DNA from: Schizochytrium sp. TIO01
Lineage: Eukaryota; Protista; Bigyra: Labyrinthulomycetes
NCBI GenBank assembly: GCA_004764695.1
Contig: SMSO01000037.1
Span: 3,572,747 to 3,636,746 of the forward strand
Reading direction: 5' to 3'
Length of the DNA stretch: 64,000 nt
Below the pieces are notes generated by a model. It saw only the letters and a program-made list of their open reading frames with translations, was not told the origin of the DNA and did not search any database. Of the stretch, positions 11,901-25,599 are shown piece after piece (position 1 is the stretch's first letter; each line of letters starts with the position of its first letter). A program made the translations under genes and the position numbers.

Positions 11901-14900
11901 GACCTTAAAAAACCCTTCTTTTAAAATTAAAGAAAAACATATTTTTTCTACCAGAAACTTGAGGAGATACCGACCGGGCCGTAGGTCAACAAGCCTGCTC
12001 CTCGCAATACTACAGACAGAATACATTATTGTTGATAAGTAATTTAATCTCCCCATCCCCTATCATGGATGCTTCTTTTTCATTCAAAGATTCAACGGCG
12101 TAGCCTCTGATTAGTAAGAATGATCCGTCAATCATACACATTTAAATAATAAACTCAACAAGACTAAACAATGTTCGAGAAAATATTAAATGGTAGCTCT
12201 CTCGGCCAGGGAAGCCGCTCGATGAGTCCAAAAATGCTTTAATAGACGTACATTATGAAATAACTGTATAGACAGGTCCGTATGCAAAGAAACTTCGGTT
12301 TGTCAATGCCTCCTCGATGGCGAAATTCTCCTGAGGTGATAGCTCTTACGACTAAGGCTTTACTTCCCCTGGATGCATGTTGCCATTGTTGAATGCCTCA
12401 ATCTATATGTCAGCAAAAGCTCTCGCAGGAAACTTTCGTAGACCTATCTGGAAATAACACAACAACACTAGTGGTATAATTACTATAACCTAAGACTTAG
12501 ATCTATAACATAGCTTCTATGGACTAGGCAACCCCAAGTTCTCAATAGATTAGTTTACTTAACATCTACAAATTTGAGGAGGGACGATCACGAGCTTTTA
12601 TTTTTATTCTTCTACCTTTCCCGACTTGAGATCCCTCAACTACCACAACCATGTATATTAATGTGATCAAAGCTCGTATTTTCATTGTATCCTGAGAAAT
12701 TCAAGGGAGCAATCTGCTTAAATTGTAAAAAAAAAAAGGAAGCCAGTCAAGGGAGAAGTGGTGGGAAAGTGTGTTAATCTGCGTGACCAACCAACATGGC
12801 GTCACTCTATCCTTTTCTTCGGATGAATCCTCAACCAACTAACAGAAAGTGAAATTACTAATCCGTCCTTGTCAAAAGCAAAACTTTAAATTCTTAAATA
12901 TATTAGCAAAGCATAAGGAGTCTAGTAGATACCCTTACACGCCAATTTAAAATAACTGTTCATTCGCATATGAGAAAATATACTTATTTTATTTTTTTAA
13001 GCCTTAATACAAAGTAGCACCCGCGCTAGAATTTGTCGAAGTTTGGCCAGCCTCGTGATGTGCTTGAAGACGCTTGATAATTCGAAACTTTCTTGAAATA
13101 TGCGGATGCTCATATTTGCTCGAACGCTATGAAAAGACAATGAAACCTATGTCCAACTCAAATTTGTTTGTTAGTTTGCTTTTAAATATGAAGTTGCTAC
13201 GCGTAAATTGAATATGTACTTAAATCGTATGATAAAAACTAAAGATGGGACACTCCGCGAAATCATAATTTCACCTCCGTGATGTTTTCCAACCTCAGTA
13301 TACCATATTATATGATTGTTTCAAATTAACTTTTTCAACCTTAATACTTTTTAAGTGACGATTGTACGTGTCTAATTCTTTTCTTTGCTTCTTTAAACTA
13401 TTAGTTTTCTGAGTCATTGTTATTTTCAATTCGACTGCCTGTAAGAGGTAGATATTATCTACTAGTCTTAAAAAATCATCACCGCCAACTTATTTCAATT
13501 TTCTTCCTAGAATCCAGAAATACTTGAACGGAGAGTTTGATGAACCCAGCATTCAATTTTGTTCTTTATGAAACTTGAAAATACGATTTGGATTTTGGGC
13601 CTTATGACTGACTAATTAATATAACATATGTTGAAAGCTGAGTGTATAGTATAGCGGTAGCAAATGTATTAAAATACGCGTTCAAAGGTATTTGATAGGA
13701 GTACTTAGTCCTAAATCTTATTTCTGAAATAGTTAAAGTATACAATAGTTGTTCATCTTCTCGAATGCAAAAGGTAAGACTTATTTTTGAACAACGCTGA
13801 GTGCTTGATTGTCACAATGAACCGCATTGATTTGGTTTACTGAGAGGAAGGCTACGTCGGGGCTGTGCATTTAGTAGAATAGATTCCGATGAAGATTCTG
13901 CCTAATTTTCTTCTCAAGCAATATTCCTCAATCATTTCCACCAAATTTCCATCAAGCGTTTTGAAAAGCTGATGGTTTACATTCGTTTGATTGCAGAAAG
14001 GTAATTTAAACTCATATAATTATGTTAGGTAACAATTTTAGTTATTCTATTTCTATCTCTTGTATTTTATGTTTTATGTTTTAAAGAAAAAGGTGGTAAG
14101 TGCGTCTTTTTTTTTTTAAATAAATAAATAGACTACATTTGTTGGATTTAAATAGACCTTGAAGCCAGTAAACAGTGAGTTAAAAGAGCACGGGCACCGT
14201 GCGTCGCCGCGGGCTGATTATTGTGCTTCAAAAGATTTGCTCATGCTCCAAGCGTACGCCTATTCCGCAATATTGAAAATACTGGCCCTGAGCTTCAAGG
14301 TTCAAACGTGAGAAACTCGAAAAGACGGGATCCGTTGACGCATCTCGTTTGGAGTTTTGACAGAACCTTGATGTCTTAGTATTATTTTGGTATTTGGGCG
14401 CAATCCTTCTAGGTTTTAAAAGGCTAGTTCTAGCGATTTTTAATCTGGGTAAATTAAATAAATATCATTCTGACATATCAACCTTACAATGCCCACTTCA
14501 TTCCCTAAAAATAACTTTGATACTATCTCAGTAAAGGCTTTAGGTCACTTATTGTGTATCATGTTTACGAAGCTTACATCATTTGGAGTAAAAGGTTCAA
14601 ATACTCAGAATAAAGAAGGCCACTTTCAGACAACTCGCGCAAAGAGGAGACTGGTCCTATCTATTGAAGAATACATCCAAAGCATTCATTCGATCGGGCT
14701 TGCGCAGTGTGTTGCCAAAATCACGACCTGCTATATTGATCTTTAATATCCTGCTTTTTATTTATTTTTAAAAAATACTATCTCGACTAGTTTTATATGA
14801 ATATTGACTTATTTAAATTAGTTATTTATAATATTCCATTAAAAGCATACGAACATTCCACCGTATGCTCTGGCATTTCTACGTAGGCTCTAATCATTTT

Positions 14901-17900
14901 TTATAAATATACAAAATAAAAATTCAAAGATAACATCTATGCAAGTGTTAATAGGATTACTACCTATAATACAATTCATAAAAGGGATGATTTTTTTTTT
15001 TTTTTTTTTCTAGGAACAGAGAATATTTATGTATTTTACAATTGTTGCAGAATATGGAGATAAGAAGTTCAATATCCTTGTTGGATTGAGCCTATATATA
15101 ATTCCAATCTAATCTGCCTTGACAATAATAAAGCTGAAGTTTGCATAATGTTGCTGTCGGGAGTGTAACCTATCTCTATCTCCTGGAAATTCAGATAACC
15201 TTCTCCCAAGAGCACTATTTGGCGCAATTATTTGAAATACTAGCTTTTGAATCCATTTCCGACGTTCTCTGGGAGCGAACAATTGCATTCGACGTTGACC
15301 TAGGCTTTCTCGAACTTCCTTTCATGAGAAACTTGAACTTATTATGAGAAGAAATATTGCAAATTGTAGTTGAAGGGGACAGGCTACATTCTCGTGAGTT
15401 CGAGACTTTGGCGCAACAAGCGAGACGACCGGGCAGATTTCAGAAGGAATGCCAAAGCTAAGCATTTATTAGTTTAGCTTGAGTTCTCTTCACAATATAG
15501 CGAGTATCTTTTAGGATGTTCGATCAGCAGTTGTAGACTAATGTGTTCGGCCTGAAATCTAACGCAAGTAGAAGTATTGCTGTGCATAGGTTCATAAAGA
15601 TGCTGTGTATCTGAAAGCATCCCTCTCTCCTTGTTATAGCATTGCTCAGGCTGATGTAGTTCCTATAGCCAAAGTCTCTAGTGCGAACTTATTGATCTTC
15701 ATGCTACTATCTCTTCTAATTCTTGATGGGCGTCGGTCACGTAAGTCGTCGAGGCGGGCCATAGCACCAAACGTTTACGCAGTAGAGACTAAGTGTTGAC
15801 GTTGGAGCAGTCACAGTTACATGCGTTCAACAGTGGTACAAATGCCATGCGCTCCACGAGCGGGGGAACCCAATCCTGTTGTGTGTTCACAGAGAAGTGT
15901 CTACTAAATGTTTCATTCTTTATCTTTTGTTATTTTACTTTTTCATAAAATTGGATATAGGACTAAACATAACCTATTCTTACCTGTTTTTATCGGAAGA
16001 CTTGAAGGCCATCACGCTAACTGTGACTAGCTAGTATAATGCACAGCACCCTATTCTGGTCTCGGGCCTCTTGACAACGTTTCGTAAAGTCGGCCGCAGA
16101 CAAAACAATTTGAATGAAAGGGTTTGATGGATTTCCACATCTTAAAGATGTAACATAATTATGAGACTGCTGTGTTGTTTCGAGCGCGTGCAAATTTTGT
16201 CATCAGAATTTTGCGGAAGTGACGTGAAAGCTCATATACACTTGGCACGAACTTGCTGTGTAGTTTCCGACTTCATAAAGCCCCATTGCCCAACTGCAAA
16301 ACGTTGCAGTTAGAGTATAAGTTAGAGTATAGTACAGTACGTACATCTCCCTTTGCGCAACGCTGCATCATGTAATGAGGATTAGCTATTTTCTTGAAAA
16401 TTCAAACGAGCCGTTTAATGCTTCGCCATGTTACTAGCTCGACGATGTATAAAGACCTGGATGGAGCACCACGTTCAGTTCGTGTGAATGATAAAGACAT
16501 ATTCTAAAATGATGGTCTTCAGTGTCTTCACCAGATATATCTGGTTCTTTGCAGATTCAATGTGTGCAGTTACTTGCGCCCAACACTAGCAATCTTGGAC
16601 TTAGTAGCAAACAACAGTGAATAGAAGGTGCTTTTTGTTTGCCCTTAGGAACATACGCCAACTGATCATATTATTATAACCTTGGTACAGTCTTCTTACG
16701 AGCAAGATCACCGACGTCTGACCGAACAATGATTTGACGGGACTTTGTTAGTATGTGCGATTTGACTGTCAATACTTTGTTGTAATTTATATCGTAGTAG
16801 CGAAACTTCAGAGTTGATGCAGTATAGTCACCGTCAATTTTTGAAATACTCCAGTATTTGAATGTATTGAGATTTTGAATAATCAGACTAAAATGAATTT
16901 CTGTAAACCCTTGTTTTAGACGATTCTTGATGAGTATTTGATTTAATCCACATGCTACAGTCCTAATAAATTAGATGTGTCAAATTAAATGTGTCGAAAC
17001 TTTCCTGTGTGTTGTGGTTAGCTAGAGGTTGTCTATAAAGATGAGGCGAAAGCTTTGGAGAAGGCCCAATGAAGATTTAGAAAGCTTTAAATAAATTCTC
17101 GCTTTTATAAATATAGCGATCCGTTGTTCTTGAGATTCAGCAAGAATGGTTATTGTTGTAATTAGAAGAGTAAGACAGATCTTATCTATAGTGGTTATAA
17201 TAAAAGATATAGAGCAAACTTGCCTCTTCAACTCTTGATTTACGTTTCACCATACCTACTCTATTGAATGTATATGTACACTTTTGGTCCATCACTACCT
17301 TGGATTCAAAACCACCATCTGGTTGTTAACATCTTATCCTGCAAAAGACATAACTTCATGAGGACTTACAATGGTATACCAAGAGCACCATCGATGACTT
17401 TCCCACATGTTCCTTGATTGAAAATATTAGCACTATGTTAGCTTCAATACCCTTGCGTGTTGACTATCCCCAGTAAATGAGTGTGTCTACCTTGGAATTT
17501 AGAGCTTAGCATAGTTTGATTGCGATTGAAGCCTCATCAAGTTCTTGACTACATGAATGAATAAAAAAGAGCGACCTGAAGAAGGCTTCTGTCGTTTATA
17601 TTCGTTTGAGTATACTGGTCATTTTAAAGGAATAATCTAATCATTCTTTCCATGCTCACCAAGTTTGAAGGGTTTCAAATGCGATAAAATTAAGGTTGAC
17701 TCAAATTATCGCGAGCTAGAGTCAAGAGCATTACCAAACTTGGTTGGACCTCGTTCTATCCGATTATTGCAATCCGCTGATTGCTTGATATTCGGTTTTG
17801 CTTTATTGGTTCGGCAGAATTCGAAAGGGTTGTGTTAATCTTCATACCAAACTATAGTATAATCCGAATTCCCTACTAGTTACTGCTTTTAGTAATATAT

Positions 17901-20900
17901 TCTTGACTCTAAAACAGTTTACAAATCATGTTGCTGTTGTGAAAGATAGAAAAAAGGTCAAATCTTGTGTCTGAGAATTATAATTAGACATGACGGAAGC
18001 TAGCCATTGTAGAAGACTTCACCTAAAAGCTGCTTCATTTTTTAAACCTCGGAAGATAGCTTTTTCCGCAGGGCTGTTAATTTCAATTTTGTGTCGTCTT
18101 AGTTTGATATCCATCTAGAACTTGATTTTATTTATTTATTTATTAACCAAGGAGCTGCTATATATCAACCAACTGCTATATATGTCGAGAACAACTAACA
18201 AGTCAGAATCTCTTTGTAGACCTCTGTGAAATAAAGTTCTGTTCAAATAAGCTGACCAAAAATACTCCTCTCCTAGCAAGTTTTCTGTGAGGGTATCATC
18301 TATCACTAGTTACCTATTCTAAAGTAGTTCTAATCAACAGATGCCACTCATACTCCTCAGTGGTCTTAGAATTCATTCTATTTGCACAAGGCCCCGTATT
18401 TTTCATGCTATAGAGCTTAGTTGCTTTCGCTGTGCGGTAGCACAACCTCATCTAAAGACAAAACTTTAGGTACCTAAGTAGCTGCTCTCAACAATCAAGG
18501 CAAAGACGATTAAAAAAGAAAGAGAAAGAGAAAGCCATCTTACTCTGAAAGTGGTGCAGGGGAGATTCCTGTGCAGTGGTGGATGAAAAGACGTAGGCGG
18601 TCTTCAATCGTCACAATCTGCGAACCATTGAAGATGACTGAACACAACAATAGTCACAGCCGTAACTCGTACCTATTTGAACTGGAAGCTGGTTCCATAT
18701 TTACACGAAACCTATGCTTGCTGGCTTGACATCAGACTACATTTCCTTATAATAGAAGCTCTGAAATTATTGCATGCTTGGGGAGCCAGTAACTTTTAAG
18801 GGGGTTGCCTTTAAGCAAGTTTAAGGTGGGCATTTGCAACCATCCAGAGTTGTTACCTAGGTACAAATGAAAGAATGCGTCCGTATTTTCAAACGAGGCT
18901 TGCTTTGAGTACCCAATTCTACCATCATATACACGAGGAAGTAAGCAAAAAACTCACAGCCAATGGTCCTTTAACAGGTCAATGGGCAAGGGACTGAAAT
19001 GATTAAGTTTTTTAAGGTGCTTTTATTTTAAATTGTTGGAGATAGAACTTTTATTAGCCACTCCATATAGTAATCCAGGAGGTGAATGCATTGTTCAAAA
19101 CTGAAAATATGAAACAACCGAAACTTAGGATGAATGAAAAGACGACACGCAATATCTCTGATAGCAGTGACTAATGATCAGCAAGTTGGGAATGGTTGTT
19201 CGTATATTGGAGTTGAAAAGCGTTGTTTACGAAGAAAGCGAACTGGAGACTTCCTGAACGAGCATCCCCATGGCAGAGCGGTTTGAAAACCGCAATTTAT
19301 AGAGTTTACTTTCGCCGCCTGCAATCATTTTCCTCGTTGTTTTCTCTATTTACACCCAAGAACTTATTGCCTACATAGAAATGTGTTAGAATGTGTAGTA
19401 CTTCTACCGCGTCTATTGGTGAGTGATTTGATTTGAGTTTTTAATTTTTTAATTTAAAACTTGATCGACTACAAAAGAGATCTGCGCTTCATGAGTGATT
19501 TGCTTTGAGTTGAGTTTTTAACTCAGGTGAAGGACTAGTTTGCACCTAGTATCTGATCAGTACAATTCCTTCTCTCACAGGTCAGTACTCCTATCAATAC
19601 TTTGATCTAGGTAGAAACCTAAGTCAAAACGTTTATTACTAATACTGGGATTGTCTAAGTTTAAAGATCATGCTAGGACGGCACCTAGAAATTTCCAATA
19701 AGTCGTCTCCAACTTAACTCTAGACTACCAGTACACAGTAGCCAGAAGATAATTATTGAGCGATTGTTTTGGCTGAGTTTTTGCTCAAGTTATTAGACAA
19801 TCCATCTTCTTAGCGAGTCCACATACTATTGTCACTTCGCGCTTCTCATTTTAAGAGAATGCAAAGTTCTCATTGAAAAAAATAGTCATAGCGTCCATCT
19901 CTGATGATCTGCTGTTCAACCAACCAGACTTTATTTGGCTGTGATTCGATGATGAAGAACTTCAGAGCCAAAAAATTGATGGGATAAAAAGCAAAATGCA
20001 AAACTATTTTCTTGTGTTGTTATTTCATGGCCTTCACGAGCAGGAGTCAGAGAGGGTGTGTTTTGCAGAGCATCTAATTTAAAGCATAGATTACTCGAAT
20101 ATTTTGCATGGAAGAACAAATATATCACGGTAAGATACCTAGTGTTCATTGTGTCAGAATCGTAATGAGCTTTCGAAAACTTAATGAACTCAGCATTTCG
20201 AACAAGCGAAAATTTAGTTAACTTTCAGTACAGACGCTAATATGTATGCAGATGCAGCAGCAAAGCAACCGTTCCTTACTCCACGATGGAACATTGGTAA
20301 TATTTTGGACGGCTTTCTGGTTTCTAGCTTCCAATATGTCTTCGTTCTTCAATAGGGTTTCATTTCTAAGATATCGCTTTGAAATAACTTGTCATCTTAA
20401 CAAAATGACCAAAGTTAGTTTAAATGCGCCAATTGATCATTCGGAAGTCAGTGCTAGCTCTTTCACGAGCATAAGCTATGCGTAGATTTATGTGGTCACA
20501 GGATCATATATTTTACTCATGGGGAAGCGAAGGGAGGAGGCCATGACGTTTTGTTTGTATCTGGGTTTGTGTCTCAGCTTTCGATCGAAGCAGCGATTCT
20601 GCAGGCGATGCTTACTAAATAAGACGAAGTGGTTGACGGCATTGCTTTGCCTTTAGAAAATGTATAAGGTTGACGCAATGACTTATCCAACAAAAGGTAT
20701 GCGTTCAAAATATCTATGATAAGATTTAGGTTGTTAAGCTAGCAAAATTAAGCTGCTGTCGTTAAAAGTTTCTAAAAACAGAGTTTGAGTTTTAAATCCT
20801 TTGTCCAGTGGCATACTGGAATGGAAGAACTAAGTACAGCAAAGCGAAATAATTTCAAAGCCTCATCCAAAGTAAGCTAACGGAGTTGAACAACATTGTC

Positions 20901-21639
20901 AAGCCAAATATATCATATTTCATTTCCCCTCATAGCTCAAACATGGGCGGAGTAAACTTTGCAACAACTTGCAGCAAGTTATAGGTTTTTCGCCGCTTCC
21001 TATTATAAGCGAGGATAGTAATGAGAAAAACCGCATCCTTTGCCTTTCAGCTTGATGCATACCAAGATAACGCCTTGGGAACCTTCTCAAAAGCCTGCGA
21101 GGTTATATTTCGATTTGGCTAGTTTATCAACTGTGTCCATGATTGAATCTGAGAACTAGTTCAAATTGAATGGACTTGGGCTTTTAAAAGTCTAGCTCAA
21201 CATAGTAACAACTCTTCATTGCCAAGTCGCTCCTAGTGCGACTCTTCGCAGCAAATCTCCCCCCTTCCCCCGAGAGTTGCAGTGCTACCACGCGCTGTGA
21301 CTCAAATGCATCGCTTTAGCGGTAGAAATATGCAAAACTCAAATCTGACAATCATTACTACCTTTGTGAGACGGTCATGTATTCCAGCATATGATGACAG
21401 TTTTGTGGCAGATCATGAACCGACACAAGTTTGCGCTACTCTCAACTACTCTGGTCTATATAAACTTTAGTTTAATTGACCCCGCTCCAGCAAAACATCG
21501 CTACTATTTCTGCTTTTGCCTGTTGAATGTGAAGATAATTTTGCATTCGATTCGCACTTTTAGAGGGAAAATTTAAGTCATTCATGACTCCATACAATCA
21601 CATAACCAAGGCCTGCTGCACTTTTTTTACCACGTTAAT

Positions 21640-22650
21640 CCTCCATCCTTGGCGTTAGCGCAACCCTCCAGAATGTAGGTAAAGAATTGGCAAGGTGTTG
21701 TACAAATATCAAATATCGCCACACCCTCATAACGTATTGTGGTCCACCATAGAACCTCGACTTGGTCAACGGGTGCTGCAGACGCGGTGTGGAATGGTCA
21801 TCTAAGAGGTAGGCTGCGATCATTCCTCAATTCGCTACTCATACTGAGATCCTAAGTTTTGACTTTTAATGTAAGAGATTCTATTTTCGTTAAAACCTGG
21901 TTCTCAATCGCTTCATCACTCGGTCACCCACCTAGTCGCTTGGCCAGTGAGCCTGCTGCCTAGCTTCTACATAAGTCATTGTGTAAGGAATCTGCATGGT
22001 CTCGCAACTGCCTGCCTTGCCTCATGACTTGTAAGCACCTCAAGGCGGGCCTTCCCAAGGTGGTCGTGTTTTGACCTCACCATTTAAAGAAGGAAGATCA
22101 TGTTATAGGCAACCGCTCCAATCGAGGCTGCTTTGCATTCAAATTAAGCGAACTTCGAATACCCCTTACAAATTAGTGCCTCATCCGCCTGTCTGTCAGC
22201 TCGCTCGTCGCCGACCCATCAATTAAACCCTCGATGAAATCGAACATCAATCTATCAGATCCTTTTGGAAAGCCTAGCCTTGTTGTGCTCATAGTACTAT
22301 TAATACACATTTAATACCCCAACTTTGCACATTTCTGCTAAGATCCATCCCACTGGAACTCCTAACTAACCATGTCCTCCACGTCCGCCTTTCCCCATCA
22401 TTGTCCATCAGAACCGCCATCCATCCTACTAGAGCGATGCATCCGGCAACTCCTAGTCGCGCACGCTCGCGGCCTGTTGCTTCTAGCCCAAATTCAATTT
22501 GGTCTGCCTCGCTACCTTCTCCAACTTCTTCTTCAGACCATCTGAATTTGCGAAGAACATCGAAGATCTCCAATTTCGATTTTGAACTTTGAATTGAATT
22601 TCCAATTGAATTTCCATTTGAATTTCCAAGCCTCTCTTGCCTCACCAGTA
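21640..22650 (-). mobile_element. Possible decayed LTR-retrotransposon 5' region (PBS plus gag remnant)
   Basis: Minus strand has PBS-like TGGTGAGGCAAGAGAGGC (22647-22630). Stop-riddled, frame-shifted gag-like peptides follow: DGLKKKLEKVARQTK, TMTYVEARQQA, AIENQVLTKIESLTLKVK, and a zinc-knuckle-spaced WRYLIFVQHLANSLP. No clear LTR. Confidence 0.35.
22594..22629. repeat. 3 x 12-bp tandem repeat TTGAATTTCCA(A/T)
   Basis: ttgaatttccaa ttgaatttccat ttgaatttccaa read directly. Confidence 0.85.
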
Positions 22651-23837
22651 CTAGCGGAAGCTACCGGATATTGGTACCAGTACCCTCTAACTGGGAGGGA
22701 CCCCTCCCTCTCCCTCGTTTAGGAGACGCCTACTGTAAACATTAGGGCAAAACAAGCGCCGACTTGTCTCGGACAAGGGACTCGCTAGGATATACTATAG
22801 AACTTCACGTACTCTCTGAACTGTGATGCTCAGTTAGTCTAACATGGCGCTCAGCGCCGTTTGCTTGACCGACTAACGCAAATTTTTAACACAACGATTC
22901 CTCTAACTTCCACTGGCACGTTTATTTGCAGTATGCTTGAGAGGAGGATACCTCAAGTTTATATAAAAATACTCCCGCAGTGCTGTAGGTAATGAACATT
23001 CTCCCACTTGTACTCTATCCTTCACAAACTCAGCTTGGCTCCACGTTTTTTCCCCGCAGCTATTCAATTCTCCCCATACATATCGTGAACTGCGGGATCA
23101 GTTCACTGGTATAAACACCTCCAAAGGCCTATAAAACCTACGTATAATAGCGATGGTTGATTGCAAATATTTCGAGTTTCTCCTTTGAACACACTGTCCC
23201 ACATCTGCTTCGAAGAGAGAGGGCGGTGGATCCTCCCTCTTCCCCTCTTTGCCTTTCTCTTTCATGTTCTCCCCTCTGAGAGAAAATGGGCGAATTTCTT
23301 TATTCTTGTTTCTTTCTTTCTCTCAGCTCGTTCGGAATTCGGGTCTTCAGCTCTTCAGCGGACGCGGGAATCGCTGCGCCAAAGAGGCAACGAGGCCGCC
23401 CGCCCGTACGCTCACTGCTGCTTGCTCAGCCGCACATCACCTCCTTGTCTTCTCTAGCTGTAGCGAAAGTTGAGGGTCTGCGGGCTACAGAGTACCGAAC
23501 GCGCCCGGTTCGCCCCGTTGAGGAAAGATCCGCCTTGAGGGACCTCGCATCAGTCATCCTCGCGTCCTACTTGGGTCGATCGAAGACTCAGAAACGAAAC
23601 ACCAGGCGCCTATACATACGCACCCTTGCCTGGCCATTGCTATCTGTATCTTTGCTTAGGCCTGTGTTGAGCGTAGATTTACTCGAAGACCTTTCAAATT
23701 TCATCAGGGCTTTTGCCAGGACGGATCGAACAAGCGAGTATCTCGCAGCGAGAATTTTGTTGAAGGTTACTGCCTGGTTAGTTTTGTACGTATTCTTCTG
23801 TGTTTAAATAGATTGCTTGACGGGATTGTGCACAACA

Positions 23838-25025
23838 ATGGGGAATCAGCTGCAGCACGTAGGTCTAAAATTAGATAAAGCTCACCGTGGTAGCTACGTT
23901 GGGTGCAATGATCTGAACGGGTCTACAGATTTAGAGGGCGGCCGCCGCGTCAAGGCAGACCGCCGCATTAACGATCGGATCTCAAGCTTCAAGAACTTCA
24001 AGCGGGATGTTCTAGAAGCTGCTGCCTTTTCTGCAGTGGCTTCCGATATTGTGGGGTTTAGACTGGAATTTGAGATTATTGGCGGATCCTCAGTGTTCTG
24101 GGCTATGCCTCGAATGACATATGTCAAGGTCACTCAGGTCTTTGAGCATGCGGATGCACCGCCCCGGCTCACTTCTGTTCGGGGCTTCTACGTCCTCTTC
24201 TTTATGCTGAAGGACTTGTGGGATAGCGAGAGCTTTGCCAAAGAAATGGCAAAAGCAGATGGAGCGAGTGCTGCATCTACCAAGGCGTGTGCAACTGTCA
24301 AGGTCCTTGATTGTGAAGATGCAGCCGAAGGATCACGTTGCAGTGCCTCGAACTCGGATGCAAAAACCTTATGCGATTCTGGGCAGAATGTTCAACTTGC
24401 CAAAGCATCAAATGCTTCAGCGTATGATGATGTTGATGACCGCGAGTGCCCAATCTGCATGGATGCTCGCATTGCGGTTGCGCCTCCTTGCGGCCATGGC
24501 ATTTGCCGAAACTGCTACGAAGAATGGCGCCAGCACAGTAGCGCGTGTCCGACCTGCCGTGGCGACGGCGCAGGTAGCGAGCTTTGGATTGAGCTTGGCC
24601 AAGACAAAATCCCGGACGGATCTGAGCATGTGGATGACCTTATGCAGGCCATTCATACATATGTACAAATGCTTCCTCGTCTTGAGACCCGCTGGGAGAA
24701 ACAACAACGCGCGATGCGCCAGCAGGCTATGCGGAGCCGTTCTTCCACTGTGTCAACTACAGCTTCGAATTCTTCTTTAATTGGCGACGCTGCTGTACTT
24801 GCGAATGCGGAAGCCAGCCTCCAACGCATGCTAGCTGAAGCTGGACTTGATGTTGATGGTCATGACGACGACATTTATTCCTCGTACGGTGCTCGCCGTA
24901 GTGTATATCAAACCCGCGCCTGGCTCGCGACTGTAAATGAAAGCACACTTCGCCGCCTTGATGTCTCCCAACTGGATGAGGAGTTACAGGTTGAGGTGGC
25001 GATGCGCCTATCTCTGGCAGCTTAA
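23838..25025 (+). CDS. RNF141-like C3HC4 RING E3 ubiquitin ligase with C-terminal UIM-like motif (~395 aa from MGNQ)
   Basis: RING motif CPICMD...PCGHGICRNC...CPTCR. The N-terminal block LEFEIIGGSSVFW...FYVLFFMLKDL resembles the RNF141 N-terminal domain. MG start (ATG 23838) suggests myristoylation. C-terminal DEELQVEVAMRLSL fits the UIM pattern. Confidence 0.85.
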   Translation: MGNQLQHVGLKLDKAHRGSYVGCNDLNGSTDLEGGRRVKADRRINDRISSFKNFKRDVLEAAAFSAVASDIVGFRLEFEIIGGSSVFWAMPRMTYVKVTQVFEHADAPPRLTSVRGFYVLFFMLKDLWDSESFAKEMAKADGASAASTKACATVKVLDCEDAAEGSRCSASNSDAKTLCDSGQNVQLAKASNASAYDDVDDRECPICMDARIAVAPPCGHGICRNCYEEWRQHSSACPTCRGDGAGSELWIELGQDKIPDGSEHVDDLMQAIHTYVQMLPRLETRWEKQQRAMRQQAMRSRSSTVSTTASNSSLIGDAAVLANAEASLQRMLAEAGLDVDGHDDDIYSSYGARRSVYQTRAWLATVNESTLRRLDVSQLDEELQVEVAMRLSLAA

Positions 25026-25599
25026 AGGAGTCCTTCTAAATGTTAGGCCTTGCATTAGGATTCCACCCACCCCTCCCAAGTATCCGTACATCAATCAGAA
25101 AGTCTCCTCCGGCCAGAAAAACTTGTGCAATATACTTCTCTGATCCCGACAACAAACTTGTTCAAGCCGTAGCCTGGCCATCCCTTTGTAGCATCAAGAC
25201 AATCCTCTCCACATATTTGACAAAGGTGTCCAGATTTCCTTGCACATTTAAAAATTGAAAACCACTATTGTCTCATAAGAGATTTTTTTTACATCTTCTT
25301 TTGCTTGGATCTCCGTTGGCAAAATAGGAATAACGGCGTGAGATATTCTTTACTAAACAGCACACAGCCACAAAAACATTGACAATCAACATTGTGAATT
25401 CTAATTCTACTATCTTCTTCTTCTTCTTCTTTTTAAACTTTTAAAAGCAAGGGAACTATGAAACTCTATTTTCCTACCTGACGGACTAGAGCGAACAATC
25501 ATACTCATAACGATTTATTGTCATTTTTTTGAGGGTGCGGATGGGGGTGCCAGGTACACTTTCCATGGACTCAATTTAAAAAATGAATCTCGTTTGTTC

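Noticed and set aside
15885-15900. ACAGAGAAG, as in U6 snRNA
   Set aside because: Flanking U6 sequence (ATTAGCATGG etc.) is absent.
19421-19521. Short imperfect direct repeat GAGTGATTTG..TTTGAGTT 72 bp apart
   Set aside because: Only two copies in AT-rich DNA; likely a local duplication with no evident function.
23286-23807. 173-aa ORF upstream of the RING gene
   Set aside because: No recognisable domain; the region looks like a GC-rich promoter or 5' UTR, possibly with an intron ending at AAATAG near 23811.
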